64,000 bases of DNA from an uncultured Haloferula sp. (lineage in GTDB: Bacteria > Verrucomicrobiota > Verrucomicrobiia > Verrucomicrobiales > Akkermansiaceae), in contig CBFGTS010000016.1 in assembly GCA_965652295.1 (NCBI GenBank), positions 1-64,000 of the forward strand, in the 5' to 3' direction. The notes beneath the pieces were generated by a model, which was given only the letters and a program-made list of their open reading frames with translations, was not told the DNA's origin and did no database searches. Positions 1 through 9,236 of the stretch are shown piece after piece (positions within the stretch are counted from its first letter, which is position 1; the number at the start of each line of letters is the position of its first letter). A program made the position numbers and the translations under genes.

Positions 1-55
1 TGGAGGATGGAGGATGGAGGATGGAGGATGGAGGATGGAGGATGGAGGATGGAGG
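1..55. repeat. Heptamer tandem repeat (TGGAGGA)n, possibly truncated by the window start
   Basis: Seven perfect TGGAGGA units (1-49) plus TGGAGG (50-55). Confidence 0.95.
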
Positions 56-82
56 GAAGTTTCGAAGGGACGCAGGTGGTGG

Positions 83-140
83 CCCCGGGGTTTACCCCGG
101 GGACCGGTAATGTGGATGGAAGGCCGGAGCCCCGGAGGGG
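83..140. repeat. REP-like palindromic element downstream of argJ
   Basis: CCCCGGGG-TTTA-CCCCGGGG hairpin (83-102) followed by AGCCCCGGAGGGG (128-140); resembles PVC-group intergenic REP repeats (recalled, not searched). Confidence 0.45.
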
Positions 141-283
141 AGCTGGCAGGGTCCGGCAACTCTCCCGGGGGGGCAGCGGAATTCAGCCACGGGGCACACC
201 CTTCGGGTTCCGGGAAACGCCCGGCACGTTGGCTGATTCCGCAGATCGGCTTCAACGTCCGATTGTCGTTCGCCGGGATCGGG

Positions 284-1537
284 TCACACGAGGCCGTCTT
301 TTCGCGCCTGCTTCCAGTAGGCGTACTCGGAGCGGTTGAAATCGATGTACTCGGGCGAGAAATCGCTACTGTACATGTCGTACTCCGCCGTGCCTTGGTT
401 GAGGCAGATGTGGATGGTGAACTCGGGTTGGGCGGCGATTTCGCGCAGGCGGTCCATCGGGGTATCGGCCTGCAGGCCGCCGGTGCAGGCGGGCACGCCG
501 TCGTAGAGGATGTCGATCAGTTCCTCGCGGATCGCGGCGCGGGAGTAGCCGACGGCGTGGAGCACGCGGCCCCAGTTCGGATCCCCGCCGTTCCAGGACG
601 ATTTCACCAGCGCGGACTTGCAGACGGCCTCGGCGACCTTCTTTGCATCGAGATAGGTGCGGGCGCCGCGGACCTTCACGTGGACGAACTTGGTGACGCG
701 TTCGCCGTCGCGGACGATGGCTTTGGCGAGTTCCAACATCAGCCATTTCAACGCCTGGCGGAACTGCCGGCAGCGGGGCCCGTTGCGGCGCAGCCGACGG
801 ATGCCGGACGCCCCGTTGGCCAGGACCAGCACGGTGTCGTTGGTGCTGGTGTCGCCATCGATGGTGATGCGGTTGAAGCTTTCCTCGACGGCTTCGAGGA
901 CCGCGCGCTGCAGATCGTCCTTGGAAATGGCGACGTCGGTGGTGATGAAGCAAAGCATCGTGGCCATGCTCGGGCAGATCATCCCTGCCCCCTTGACGCA
1001 GCCGCCGAGGCGGACGCGGGTGTCGCCGAGGTCGAAGGAAATCGCCAGCTCCTTGGGGCGGGTGTCGCTGGTCATGATGGCGCGGGCGACCTCTCCGCCA
1101 TTGCCGCGGCCGAGCCCGGCGACGAGTTTTTCAAAGTGCGGCTCGATGCGCATCATCGGCATCGGCAGCCCGATCACGCCGGTCGAGCACACGCCGACTT
1201 CGCCGCGCTTCAGTCCCAATGGCTTGGCCACGCCATCGGCCATCGCGCGGGCATCGCCCAGGCCCTGGATGCCGGTGCAGGCGTTGGCGTTGCCGGAGTT
1301 GGCGACGATGGCCTGCAGGTTGCCCTTGCGGACGTGCGTCTGGGTCAGCCTCACCGGCGCGGCCTTGACGCGGTTGGTGGTGAAGGTGCCGGCGGAAACA
1401 CAGGGCTCCTCCGAACGGATCAGGGCGAGATCGAGGCGCTCAACGGCCGGGTTCTTGATCCCGCAGGCGAGGGCTGAAGTGAGGAAGCCTTTCGGTGCGC
1501 CGACGCCGCCTTTGATCCGGGTGATGGGGAAGTCCAT
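284..1537 (-). CDS. argJ: Bifunctional glutamate N-acetyltransferase/amino-acid acetyltransferase ArgJ
   Basis: FTTNRVKAAPV, NSGNANACTG, KGAGMICPSMATML (autocleavage Thr), DGDTSTNDT, DGERVTK, DPNWGR motifs; start placed at ATG 1537 (MDFPIT). Confidence 0.96.
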   Translation of the reverse strand: MDFPITRIKGGVGAPKGFLTSALACGIKNPAVERLDLALIRSEEPCVSAGTFTTNRVKAAPVRLTQTHVRKGNLQAIVANSGNANACTGIQGLGDARAMADGVAKPLGLKRGEVGVCSTGVIGLPMPMMRIEPHFEKLVAGLGRGNGGEVARAIMTSDTRPKELAISFDLGDTRVRLGGCVKGAGMICPSMATMLCFITTDVAISKDDLQRAVLEAVEESFNRITIDGDTSTNDTVLVLANGASGIRRLRRNGPRCRQFRQALKWLMLELAKAIVRDGERVTKFVHVKVRGARTYLDAKKVAEAVCKSALVKSSWNGGDPNWGRVLHAVGYSRAAIREELIDILYDGVPACTGGLQADTPMDRLREIAAQPEFTIHICLNQGTAEYDMYSSDFSPEYIDFNRSEYAYWKQARKDGLV

Positions 1538-1566
1538 GACTGAAGAACGACACACTGAGCAAAATC

Positions 1567-2610
1567 TCAGACGGATTGCAACCCGGCGGTCGGGTCGAGT
1601 CCTGCCATCAGGTTGAAGGATTGGATCGCCTGCCCTCCCGCACCCTTGCCCAGGTTGTCCTCGGCACTCATCAGGATCACCCGGCCGGTCCGTGGATCGT
1701 GGGTCCAGCCGATGTCGATGAAGTTGGTCCCGGTCACGCGTTTGGTATCCGCCGCCTTGCCCTCGCCGAGCAGCCGCACGAAGAATTCCTCCGCGTAAGC
1801 CTTTTCCAGTGCCTCGCCGACGGCCGCGGGATCGATGCCCGGAGCGAGCGTGGCGGTGGTGGTGGTGACGATGCCCGCATTCACCGGAATGAGGTGGGGG
1901 ATGAAGGAAATGACCACGTTTTTTTCCGCGGCGATCGAGAGCTCCTGCTCGATCTCCGACAGGTGGCGGTGCTTCGGCACGCCGTAGGCACGCGCGCTTT
2001 CATTGCACTCGCAGAACAGCAGCGAAAGGTCGGCCTTCTTGCCGGCACCGCTGACGCCGCTCATGGAGTTGGCGACGATGGTGGCAGGGTCGATGAGCTT
2101 TTCCCGCAGCAGCGGCAAGAGCGGCAGCAGGATGCTCGTCGGGTAGCAGCCGGGCGAGGCGATCAGGCGCGCGGCCTTGATGGCTTCCGCCCGGACCTCC
2201 GGCAGACCATACACCGCCTCGGCCAGCAGGTCCGGCGCGGGATGGGCGTGGTCGTAGAACTCCTCGTAGATGACCGCGTCATGGATGCGGAAATCCGCGC
2301 TCAAATCGATGACCCGCAGGCCGCGATCGAGCAGCGCCCGTCCGATCTCCGCCGCGACGCCGTGGGGCAGCGCGAGGAAAGCAAAGGTGGCACCGGTGGC
2401 TGCGATCGCGTCCGGATCCGGCTGGATGAATATCAGCTCCGAGCCGGGGACGCCGGCGAAGCGTGGGAACACGTCGGCGAGCGAGCGGCCCTCCTCCTGC
2501 CGCGAGGTGGCGGCGGTGAGTTCCACATTCGGGTGGAGCAGCAGGCGGCGGACGAGTTCCTGTCCGGTGTAGCCGCTGGCTCCGACGATGGCTGCTTTCA
2601 AGCGTTCCAT
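1567..2610 (-). CDS. argC: N-acetyl-gamma-glutamyl-phosphate reductase
   Basis: IVGASGYTGQEL, DLSADFR, YGLPE, PGCYPT (catalytic Cys), SGVSGAG, HRHLSEI, DNLGKGAGGQAIQ; co-oriented upstream of argJ. Confidence 0.97.
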   Translation of the reverse strand: MERLKAAIVGASGYTGQELVRRLLLHPNVELTAATSRQEEGRSLADVFPRFAGVPGSELIFIQPDPDAIAATGATFAFLALPHGVAAEIGRALLDRGLRVIDLSADFRIHDAVIYEEFYDHAHPAPDLLAEAVYGLPEVRAEAIKAARLIASPGCYPTSILLPLLPLLREKLIDPATIVANSMSGVSGAGKKADLSLLFCECNESARAYGVPKHRHLSEIEQELSIAAEKNVVISFIPHLIPVNAGIVTTTTATLAPGIDPAAVGEALEKAYAEEFFVRLLGEGKAADTKRVTGTNFIDIGWTHDPRTGRVILMSAEDNLGKGAGGQAIQSFNLMAGLDPTAGLQSV

Positions 2611-2692
2611 GGCCTCCGGCATCGCAGGATTTTAGGGGCTTGCCAAGGGGGAAGCTGCCTGATTGATTGCCCGCCCGTTCGCGGAAATGTGA

Positions 2693-2769
2693 CGGGCTGT
2701 AGCGCAGTCTGGTAGCGCACTACACTGGGGGTGTAGGGGTCGTGGGTTCGAATCCCGCCAGCCCGACCA
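2693..2769 (+). tRNA. tRNA-Pro (anticodon GGG)
   Basis: 77-nt cloverleaf: CGGGCTG acceptor paired with CAGCCCG, D-arm AGCGCAGTCTGGTAGCGC, anticodon arm CTACA-CTGGGGG-TGTAG, T-loop GTTCGAATC, encoded CCA end. Confidence 0.97.
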
Positions 2770-2796
2770 CTTCTTATCAGGATCAGGTAGGTTCTC

Positions 2797-2838
2797 ATAG
2801 GAAGAGGGTCCTGCAACTTGCAGGCTCTTCCCTATTTT
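2797..2838 (+). terminator. Hairpin/likely intrinsic terminator between tRNA-Pro and the convergent desaturase
   Basis: ATAGGAAGAG-GGT-CCTGCAA-C-TTGCAGG-CTCTTCC-CTAT followed by TTT. Confidence 0.55.
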
Positions 2839-2974
2839 GTCGGGATCGCCCTTCCCCCGCTCAAGGGACGTGGTCGCGAGGAATCGTTGCAGCCCGCCGA
2901 GAGAAATCCATATGAACCCGAACCGCCAAGTGTGAGTGCCGCTTGTGAGGGGTGCGACTTTGCTCTCTCCGAGC

Positions 2975-4090
2975 TCAATGCTTTCGAGATCGGGCCTCTT
3001 TTTGGGGTGGGGTGGTGTCAGGTGCTGCGGGAGTCGTCGCATCGGCTTCCTTGTCCTTTTTGTACCGCGCTTTCTTCGTGGATCCGTAGCCGGTAAGCCG
3101 CCCGAGGCCTTCGTCCCACAGGCGGAAGCGGAGTGATCTGAGGCTCTTCCTCACGGTGAGAGGCTCCACGTTCCGAAACATGGGCTCCGATTCGTGGGCC
3201 CTCTCCAATTCATAGTTCGGAATGCGCGGACTGAGATGGTGGATGTGATGGAAGCCGATGTTGCCGGAGAACCACTGGAGGATCCTCGGCAGTTTGTAGA
3301 AGGAACTCCCTTCGAGGGCTGCTTTCTTGAAGTCCCAGTCGGGGCGTCGCTCCCAGTACACGTCCTCGAACTGATGTTGCACATAGAAGAGCCAGACGCC
3401 GGAAACACTCGCCACGAGCATGGAGATCAACTGGATGACGAGATACCCGGCGATGCCGAACACCCAGGACAGCCCGGCTGCCATGAGGAGGATTCCCAGA
3501 TTCGTGGCGTGGACCCAGAGCTTGATCCTTTTGTCGGCCTTGCGGGAAGGGAAGCGCTGGAACACGAGAAAAAGCATCAGGGGTGCGATTCCGAAGAGAA
3601 CCACCGGATTCCGCGAGAACCAGTAGGCGAAGCGCCGCCAGCGGGAGGATTCCAGGTACTCCTGCACGGTGAGGGTCCAGACATCGCCCATGCCTCGCCG
3701 GTCCAGGTCGCCCGCGCTGGAGTGGTGGACCGTATGCTCCCACCGCCACTGGTGGTAGGGGGTGAAAACGAGAATGCCGGTCAGGAACCCGACAATCTCA
3801 TTCGCCCGCTTCGATTTGAAGAACGACCCGTGGGTGCAGTCGTGGAAGATGACGAACGTACGGATGAGGAAGCCTCCGGCGAGAACAGCGAGAGGAATGA
3901 CCAGCCAATAGGATACCGCCAGACTGAAGTACATCAGCACCCACAGCAGCCCGTAAGGGACGAGGGTGTTCGAGAGTTGCCATAGGGCCCTCCACCGCGA
4001 CGGCAATTGGTAGCGTCGGACGATTTTTCTCCAGTCGGCCGTTTCATCGCCCATATGACCGGCCGACCCGTCGATATGCTCGGGTTTCAT
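2975..4090 (-). CDS. Membrane fatty acid desaturase (Bacillus Des-like)
   Basis: Three His boxes HDCTH, HTVHH, HHIHH plus FYVQHQFE; hydrophobic segments; start placed at ATG 4090 (MKPEHID). Confidence 0.92.
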   Translation of the reverse strand: MKPEHIDGSAGHMGDETADWRKIVRRYQLPSRWRALWQLSNTLVPYGLLWVLMYFSLAVSYWLVIPLAVLAGGFLIRTFVIFHDCTHGSFFKSKRANEIVGFLTGILVFTPYHQWRWEHTVHHSSAGDLDRRGMGDVWTLTVQEYLESSRWRRFAYWFSRNPVVLFGIAPLMLFLVFQRFPSRKADKRIKLWVHATNLGILLMAAGLSWVFGIAGYLVIQLISMLVASVSGVWLFYVQHQFEDVYWERRPDWDFKKAALEGSSFYKLPRILQWFSGNIGFHHIHHLSPRIPNYELERAHESEPMFRNVEPLTVRKSLRSLRFRLWDEGLGRLTGYGSTKKARYKKDKEADATTPAAPDTTPPQKEARSRKH

Positions 4091-4253
4091 GGCATCCGGA
4101 AATTCGCGACGACGACGGGAAATCGCAAATGGAAAAGCTTGTTGGAACCTGTAGGAGTGGTGCGAAGCATGCCGGTCGGGATTGGCGGAAGACGGAGCCG
4201 GAGGGGCTGCGGCGGAAAGATCCCCCGGAGGCCGAAGGTATGGGCAAGCAGCC

Positions 4254-5621
4254 ATGCCTTTGATTCTCCGTCCCTCCCGCCTGCTGGTGCCTTTGTTCGC
4301 GTGTTCCCTGACGTCCGTTCATGCGGCCGCGGAGGTGAAGATGGAGGTCGGCGGCGATGGGTTTGCTTTCGAAAAAGTACCGTCGCCCGCCATCGATGAC
4401 GCAGGCTCCTCTGCCCGGTGGGCTCTGGTTCAGGGGGAAAAGGATCGCTTCTCCGGACCGCAGGAGGTCATCGCGGATGGCAAGGTGCCGGCCGGTGCGG
4501 ACGAGCCGGGGGCGAACTTTTTCCTCGCCGGGACGGAGGGCGGACGCCTCGTCGCCGACCTCGGGGAAACGACCGACATCGCCTCCGTGGCCACCTATTC
4601 GAGCCACCCGCGCGAACGCGCCGACCAGCTTTACCGGCTCTACGGTTCCACCGGTACGGCCGGTGGATTCGAGGCCAATCCGCCGCGCGGGAGCGACCCG
4701 AAGGAGTCCGGCTGGACGCTGCTGGCCACCGTGGACACCCGCACCACGACCGAGGGCCGGGGCGGACGGATCGGGGTCGAGGTGGGCGGCGGAAAATCAC
4801 GCGGCGTGGGGCGGTTCCGCTATCTGCTTTTCGACATCGTTCCCTCGGTGAAGGGCAACGCGCTCAGCAACACCTTCTTTTCGGAGATCGACATCGTGGC
4901 GACGGGCGCACGGGAAACGCTTCGCTTGCAGGCGGATAAGAAGATCACGCGGCAGTTCGAGATCCAGGATGGGAAATATCGTTTTACGGTCGATGCCACC
5001 CGGGCACCGGACCTCGTCCCGTGGGTGGAGAAGGAACTCATGCCGATGATCGAGGTGTGGTATCCGAAGCTTGCCACACTTCTGCCGAGTCCCGGTTATA
5101 AGGTGCCGGATCATGTGAGGCTCGAATTCAAGACGGATATGCCGAACGGCGTGCCGGCCTATGCGGCGGGCAACCAGCTTTCCTTGAGCGTCCCGTTCTT
5201 CCGCAACGAGCTGGAGCGCGAGGCGAAAGGTTGTGTGGTCCATGAAATGGTCCATGTGGTGCAGAATTACTGGCGCGCCCGCGTCACGAACCGCCAGCCC
5301 ACGGAAACGCCGGGCTGGGTGACCGAGGGGATCGCCGACTACGTCCGCTGGTTTCTCTACGAGCCGCAGAGCCGGGGCGCGGAGATCACCGAGAGAAATT
5401 TCCGCTCCGCGCGATACGATGCGAGCTACCGGGTGAGCGCGAACTTTCTCGATTTCCTCGTGCGGACTTACGATCCGCAGCTCGTGACCAAGCTCAACGC
5501 CGCCGCACGCGAAGGTCGCTACCGCGAGGAGCTGTGGAAGGAATGGACGGGCAAGCCGTTGGCCGAGCTGGGCACGGAGTGGCTGGAGCACCATCGCAAG
5601 AAGCTGCGCATCCGCGATTGA
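4254..5621 (+). CDS. Secreted BSP (basic secretory protein)-family zincin with N-terminal beta-sandwich domain
   Basis: Signal peptide; VVHEMVHVVQ (HExxH), PGWVTEGIADYVRW, YRVSANFL, TGKPLAELGTEW. Confidence 0.85.
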   Translation: MPLILRPSRLLVPLFACSLTSVHAAAEVKMEVGGDGFAFEKVPSPAIDDAGSSARWALVQGEKDRFSGPQEVIADGKVPAGADEPGANFFLAGTEGGRLVADLGETTDIASVATYSSHPRERADQLYRLYGSTGTAGGFEANPPRGSDPKESGWTLLATVDTRTTTEGRGGRIGVEVGGGKSRGVGRFRYLLFDIVPSVKGNALSNTFFSEIDIVATGARETLRLQADKKITRQFEIQDGKYRFTVDATRAPDLVPWVEKELMPMIEVWYPKLATLLPSPGYKVPDHVRLEFKTDMPNGVPAYAAGNQLSLSVPFFRNELEREAKGCVVHEMVHVVQNYWRARVTNRQPTETPGWVTEGIADYVRWFLYEPQSRGAEITERNFRSARYDASYRVSANFLDFLVRTYDPQLVTKLNAAAREGRYREELWKEWTGKPLAELGTEWLEHHRKKLRIRD

Positions 5622-5707
5622 GGGGGAGTCCCGGCCACGGCGAAATGCGCGGAGCGCCTGAGGGATTTCGGGTGGCGCGGCGGCCCCGGCCAGCCTATCG
5701 ATAGGGC

Positions 5708-6787
5708 ATGAAATCCGGTGTGTTGACGCGGGTTGCCTTGTCCTGCTGCGTGATGCTGATTCCGGCCCTCGAAGCCCGGACCTGGACGAATGCCGAGGGG
5801 AAAACCATCGAGGCCGAGTTCATCTCCAGTGACGGCACCGACGTCGTGCTCGGAATGGACGGCCGCGAGGTGAGCTACCCGCTGTCGAAGCTTTCCCAGG
5901 AGGATCGGGACTGGGTGAAAGAGCAGCTGGCACCTCCGGAAGAGGAGCCGATGGAGGAAACGCCCGAGCCGACCCCGGAACCGGTCGAGCCGCCCGTTCC
6001 CTCCAAACCCGCGGGACCGACGGGTTACCGTGTGGGCTTGACGATCGACCACCCGCTTCACGACGAGACGGCGGCCTATTTTGCGGAGGGTGCCGCGGCG
6101 AAATTCGTCGAGGCGCTGAAGGCCGGAGCCCTCGCCGAGGAGAACCCCGGCCAGCCCGACAGTTGGATCGAGCGTCCCGCAGGCCAGGCGAGCTATCGGA
6201 TCTATGTGCCCGCCGGCTATGATGGAAGCACCCCTTTCGGGCTGTATCTCCACCTGCCGAACGCCGACGAGGGTGAGATCCCGGAGGAGTTGAGACCTCT
6301 GCTGGACAAGCATCAACTCATCGGCGTGAGCGTGGATGGTGCAGGCGATAACCAGCCGATGCTGCGGCGCGCGATGCTGGCGGCGGACGCCCTCAACACC
6401 GTCGCGCAGACCTATGAGATCGATCCCGAAAAGCGGTTCATCGCCGGCAGCGGCGCAGCCGGAGACATGGCAATGGTCGCCACCGCGCTCCTGCCGGATC
6501 ATTTCAACAAAGTCATGACGATCGGCTCGGTCCGCGAGCTGCCGCTGGTGGGGCGGGACGGTGGAGGCTTTCCGGGGATGGCGAAGAGGGATTTCCTGAA
6601 AGCGCCGCTGGCCTATGCAAAGTGGGTGCTGCTGGTGCCGAAAGACGACGAGGAGCTCGCCGCTAAAACCGCCACCGCCGAGGAGTGGCGGGACGAAGGC
6701 CTCCAGTTCCACGTCATCCAGACCCCCGGCTCGGAGGCGTCCGCGTTTGATCTCGCGAACGGCATCGAGTGGCTGCTGGAGCCCTGA
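5708..6787 (+). CDS. Secreted SHD1-domain protein with alpha/beta-hydrolase-like C-terminus
   Basis: Signal peptide, RTWTNAEGKTIEAEF...LSKLSQEDRDWV (SHD1), Pro/Glu linker, YVPAGYD, YEIDPEKRFIAG. Confidence 0.75.
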   Translation: MKSGVLTRVALSCCVMLIPALEARTWTNAEGKTIEAEFISSDGTDVVLGMDGREVSYPLSKLSQEDRDWVKEQLAPPEEEPMEETPEPTPEPVEPPVPSKPAGPTGYRVGLTIDHPLHDETAAYFAEGAAAKFVEALKAGALAEENPGQPDSWIERPAGQASYRIYVPAGYDGSTPFGLYLHLPNADEGEIPEELRPLLDKHQLIGVSVDGAGDNQPMLRRAMLAADALNTVAQTYEIDPEKRFIAGSGAAGDMAMVATALLPDHFNKVMTIGSVRELPLVGRDGGGFPGMAKRDFLKAPLAYAKWVLLVPKDDEELAAKTATAEEWRDEGLQFHVIQTPGSEASAFDLANGIEWLLEP

Positions 6788-6801
6788 GTGCCGGTCGCGC
6801 G

Positions 6802-8445
6802 TCAATCGGCTCCACGCGAGCCCTGGTGGTGGACGCCGCCGAGGATACTACGTGCATCGTAGCCGTGGTTGGCGAGGATCCGCGCGGCGAAGTAGCTGGT
6901 TTTCCCCATCTGGCACACGGTGTAAACCGGCCGGTTGCGGTCGATGTCTCCAAGCCGCGAGCGCAGCGCGGGCAGAGGGATGTTCGTGGCTCCCGCGACG
7001 GGCGTTTTGGCTGCGGCTTCCGGCGGCCGGACGTCGATGATCTGCTGCCCGTCGGCATCGGTGAGGGTCGCCACGGGGACCAGCATGCCGTCACGGATGT
7101 TGGTGGCGGCGAAGCCGGCGGTATTGACCACGTCCTTGGCGCTGCTGAAGGGCGGGGCGTAGGCGAACTCGAGGTGGACGAGATCGTCGATGGTCATGCC
7201 TCCGTGGATCGCCGTGGCCATGACGTCGAGACGCTTGTCCACGCCCTCGCCACCGACCACCTGGGCGCCGAGCACACGACCGTTCTCCGGTGACCATAGT
7301 AGTTTCAGCGTGATCGTTTCCGCGCCGGGGAAATACGAGGCGTGGGAGGGGCCGTTCACCGTGACCGTCTGGTAGGGCACTCCGGCCATTTCCAGCCGAC
7401 GTCCGCTGGCCCCCGCAATGCCTGCTGTTTTTCCGAAGACACGGACGATCGAGGTGCCGATCGAGCCGCGGAAAGGCAGCGCCTTGTCGCCGAGGAAGAT
7501 GTGGTCCGCAGCCGTTCGTCCCTGGCGGTTCGCCGGACCGCCGAGGGCGATCGCCACGTGGCCGCCGAACAGGGGGTCGGGCGATTCGCAGACGTCGCCC
7601 ACGGCGTACATATGCGGAGCGCTGGTCCGCTGCCACGCGTCGACACGGATGTGTCCGCGCGGACCAAGTTCGATCCCCGCCTCGCGGGCGAGCGTGCTTT
7701 CCGGCCGGACGCCGATGGAAAGGATGACCTGCCCGGTTTCGAGCACCCGGCCGCTTTTCAGCAGGGCGGCGGGTTGCCCGGCGCGGTCCTCGAAGCCGTC
7801 GATGCCGTCGCCGAGGATCAGCTCGACGCCTTGTCCGGTGAGTTCGCGTTGCAGCGGCAGCACCATCTCCGCATCGAGCTGTGGCAGCACTTGGGGCAGC
7901 AGTTCCACGAGCGAGACTTTTTTCCCGAGGCGGGCGAGCTGCTCGGCCATTTCCAGCCCGATGAAGCCCGCGCCGATGATCGCCACCGACTCGACGGCTG
8001 CGACCTGGTCCTTGATCCGGTCCATGTCCTGGAGGTTTCGCAGCGTGAGGATCCGCGGGTGGTCGATGCCCGGCAGCGGCGGCCGCAGGGGGCTGGCACC
8101 GGGGGAAAGGATCAGCTCATCGTAAGGCAGCACCGATTCGGTGCCGTCTGCCAGCGAGCGTACGGTGACCTCCTTCGCTTCCGGGCGGATGGCGATGGCC
8201 TCGGTCAGGGTGAGGATCTCCAGATTGAGGAGGGAGCGCAGGGATTCCGGAGTTTGCAGGGCCAGTTCGGAACGGTCCTCGATTTCGCCGCCGATGTGGT
8301 AGGGCAGCCCGCAGTTCGCGAACGAGACATCGGGGCCGCGTTCGATGACGGTGATGCGGGCGTTTTCGCTGTGACGGCGGGCCCGGGCGGCGGCCGAGGC
8401 CCCGCCGGCGACGCCGCCGATGATGACAATGCGGAGGTCTTTCAT
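6802..8445 (-). CDS. CoA-disulfide reductase/persulfide reductase with C-terminal rhodanese domain
   Basis: IIGGVAGGASAA, SFANCGLPY (redox Cys), IGAGFIGLEMAE, YAPPFSSAKD, rhodanese IDVR...VCQMGKTS. Confidence 0.93.
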   Translation of the reverse strand: MKDLRIVIIGGVAGGASAAARARRHSENARITVIERGPDVSFANCGLPYHIGGEIEDRSELALQTPESLRSLLNLEILTLTEAIAIRPEAKEVTVRSLADGTESVLPYDELILSPGASPLRPPLPGIDHPRILTLRNLQDMDRIKDQVAAVESVAIIGAGFIGLEMAEQLARLGKKVSLVELLPQVLPQLDAEMVLPLQRELTGQGVELILGDGIDGFEDRAGQPAALLKSGRVLETGQVILSIGVRPESTLAREAGIELGPRGHIRVDAWQRTSAPHMYAVGDVCESPDPLFGGHVAIALGGPANRQGRTAADHIFLGDKALPFRGSIGTSIVRVFGKTAGIAGASGRRLEMAGVPYQTVTVNGPSHASYFPGAETITLKLLWSPENGRVLGAQVVGGEGVDKRLDVMATAIHGGMTIDDLVHLEFAYAPPFSSAKDVVNTAGFAATNIRDGMLVPVATLTDADGQQIIDVRPPEAAAKTPVAGATNIPLPALRSRLGDIDRNRPVYTVCQMGKTSYFAARILANHGYDARSILGGVHHQGSRGAD

Positions 8446-8513
8446 GGTCGTGGTTGGAGAGTGGACGCGGGGGGATGGCGCGGTGGGTGCCGCGCGCGGA
8501 GGGACGGAAAAGA

Positions 8514-8819
8514 TCAGCCGTGAAGGGTGGCGGACATGGCCTTGCAGAAGGACTGTAGGGCTGCGCGTTCGAGCCGGTAGTAGATGCGGCTGCGGTCCGG
8601 GCGCGCCGCGAGCAGGCCGACTTTCACCAGCTCCGCGATGTGGCGCGAGCAGGCTGGCTGCGAGAGCGGCACGGCGGCGACGATGTCGAGGCAGGCAACT
8701 TCACCTTTATCGGCCAGGAATTGGAGGATGGCGATGCGCGCCGGGTGCGAGAGCGCCCGCCCGAACGCCGACAACGCCACCGTCGCTTCGTCAAACGCTT
8801 CCAGTTTTGCTTGAGGCAT
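8514..8819 (-). CDS. ArsR/SmtB family transcriptional regulator
   Basis: ALSHPARIAIL, LSQPACSRHIAEL, YYRL wHTH pattern; directly upstream of the CoADR-rhodanese gene. Confidence 0.92.
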   Translation of the reverse strand: MPQAKLEAFDEATVALSAFGRALSHPARIAILQFLADKGEVACLDIVAAVPLSQPACSRHIAELVKVGLLAARPDRSRIYYRLERAALQSFCKAMSATLHG

Positions 8820-8838
8820 ATCGCATATTTGAGATATG
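8817..8838. promoter_or_regulatory. Putative ArsR autoregulatory operator overlapping the start codon
   Basis: CATATC-GCATATTTGA-GATATG inverted repeat; AT-rich in GC-rich context. Confidence 0.6.
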
Positions 8839-9236
8839 AGAATCAGGCTGACAAGCAGAAAATGCGGAGTGGTGAGATCGGAGGGTGAGGGAGGCGATTG
8901 TCGCCCTGCGGAAACGAAGCGTGTGGAGGCTCTCGAATGGATCTGGCGAGCGGAAGGGGAGGCTCACAGGAGCGGCTGGCATTGACTGCCGGACGGGGCG
9001 CCGGGGGGGTGTGCTTCGTGACGAGTCGCTTGGAGGTCGACGAGGCGGGGGTTCGCCTGCGGCCTGCGGAAAGGAAGCGTCCGGAGGATCTCGAACGACC
9101 TCTCCAACAGTCGGGCTGCGTTGCTCCTGACCGGCGGTCGGTGCCCGGCGCTCCTTTGATGCCTTGCCACCCGCATCGAGTTCGGGAAAGCCGTTGCATG
9201 GCGGGAAACGCGGCGTCTTACTGACGGCGACGCCCT

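Noticed and set aside
7..1477. Plus-strand ORFs beginning MEDGGWRMEDGGWR
   Set aside because: Translation of the heptamer repeat running into the antisense of argJ
2693..4090. tRNA-Pro as an integration site for an island
   Set aside because: No integrase and no duplicated tRNA 3' end found in the window
8840..9236. Small ORFs in the ArsR/ABC divergent gap
   Set aside because: No recognisable motifs or consistent coding signal; treated as intergenic
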